DNA from: a virus
Lineage: Duplodnaviria > Caudoviricetes
Strand: one strand, 5' to 3'
DNA: 56,337 nt
IMG/VR virus record: IMGVR_UViG_3300033993_002821
Span: 1-56,337 of that record
In this document: in pieces, positions 56,015-56,337 of the stretch
Layout of the letters: every line of letters begins with the position of its first letter
Position numbering within the stretch: position 1 is the stretch's first letter
Position numbers and translations under genes: made by a program
Notes under the pieces: generated by a model
Told to the model about the DNA's origin: nothing
The model's input: the letters and a program-made list of their open reading frames with translations, nothing else
Database searches by the model: none

Positions 56015-56337
56015 TGCCGCGCGCGGTTGGGCTGGACCGGTCATACCGGGAGGCGCGCGATCAGCGGCGGCTGTGGTCGCCGGAAGAACTGCGCCCGATT
56101 GCGTGGTACGACGCATCTGACCTTTCGACGCTGACGCTTGGTGCCAGCGGCATTACCGCATGGCGCGACAAACTCGGAAGGTCGGCCTTGAACCTGACCG
56201 CAACCGGCAATCCGGGGCTGGCTGCAGTCAACGCGCCTCCGGTGTCCTGGACGCCGCTGCCGGTTGTAGTTTTCAATGGCACCAGCCACCTTATGACCGG
56301 CGCGGCGATCAGCAATTACGCCCCGACCACAGGGTTT
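56014..56337 (+). CDS. 5' part of origin-spanning LamG/lectin-like virion protein (about 281 aa, continues to 649)
   Basis: ATG 56014 overlaps the upstream TGA; MPRAVGLD...WYDASDLSTLT...AWRDKLG is in frame with ORF 32..649 after circularisation. Confidence 0.75.
   Translation, partial: MPRAVGLDRSYREARDQRRLWSPEELRPIAWYDASDLSTLTLGASGITAWRDKLGRSALNLTATGNPGLAAVNAPPVSWTPLPVVVFNGTSHLMTGAAISNYAPTTGF
56211..56337. repeat. Terminal direct repeat, copy 2 (circular assembly overlap)
   Basis: Identical to 1-127; an ORF reads in frame across the join. Confidence 0.97.

Noticed and set aside
56211-56337. Biological terminal repeat
   Set aside because: Exactly 127 bp, a common assembler k-mer size, and it falls mid-gene; treated as a circularisation overlap

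Overview
Apparently complete, circularly assembled temperate phage genome of about 56,210 bp. The last 127 bases repeat the first 127, which looks like an assembly overlap. It is GC-rich, and the SSB and Cro-like proteins suggest an alphaproteobacterial host, probably Rhodobacteraceae. It pairs a lambda-type head (gpA terminase, portal, S49 protease with nested scaffold, decoration protein, gpE capsid) with a P2-like contractile tail (gpV, PAAR, W, J, I, fibre, sheath, tube, E/E' frameshift, tape measure, U, X, D). It also has a holin-endolysin-spanin cassette, a large serine integrase, a lambda-like repressor/cro switch, and recombination and replication genes. Most notable: (1) a ParB-like / split methyltransferase / orphan QueC-like cluster between a cos-like site and terS; (2) a 17-bp palindromic operator scattered genome-wide, including before two small antisense genes; (3) a probable attP inside the integrase 3' end that mimics a tRNA 3' end; (4) a phage acyl carrier protein and a GapR-like protein; (5) a seven-gene accessory module between terL and portal; (6) an iteron-like array and structured leader RNAs. 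All functional calls come from motif recognition by eye; no database searches were run.
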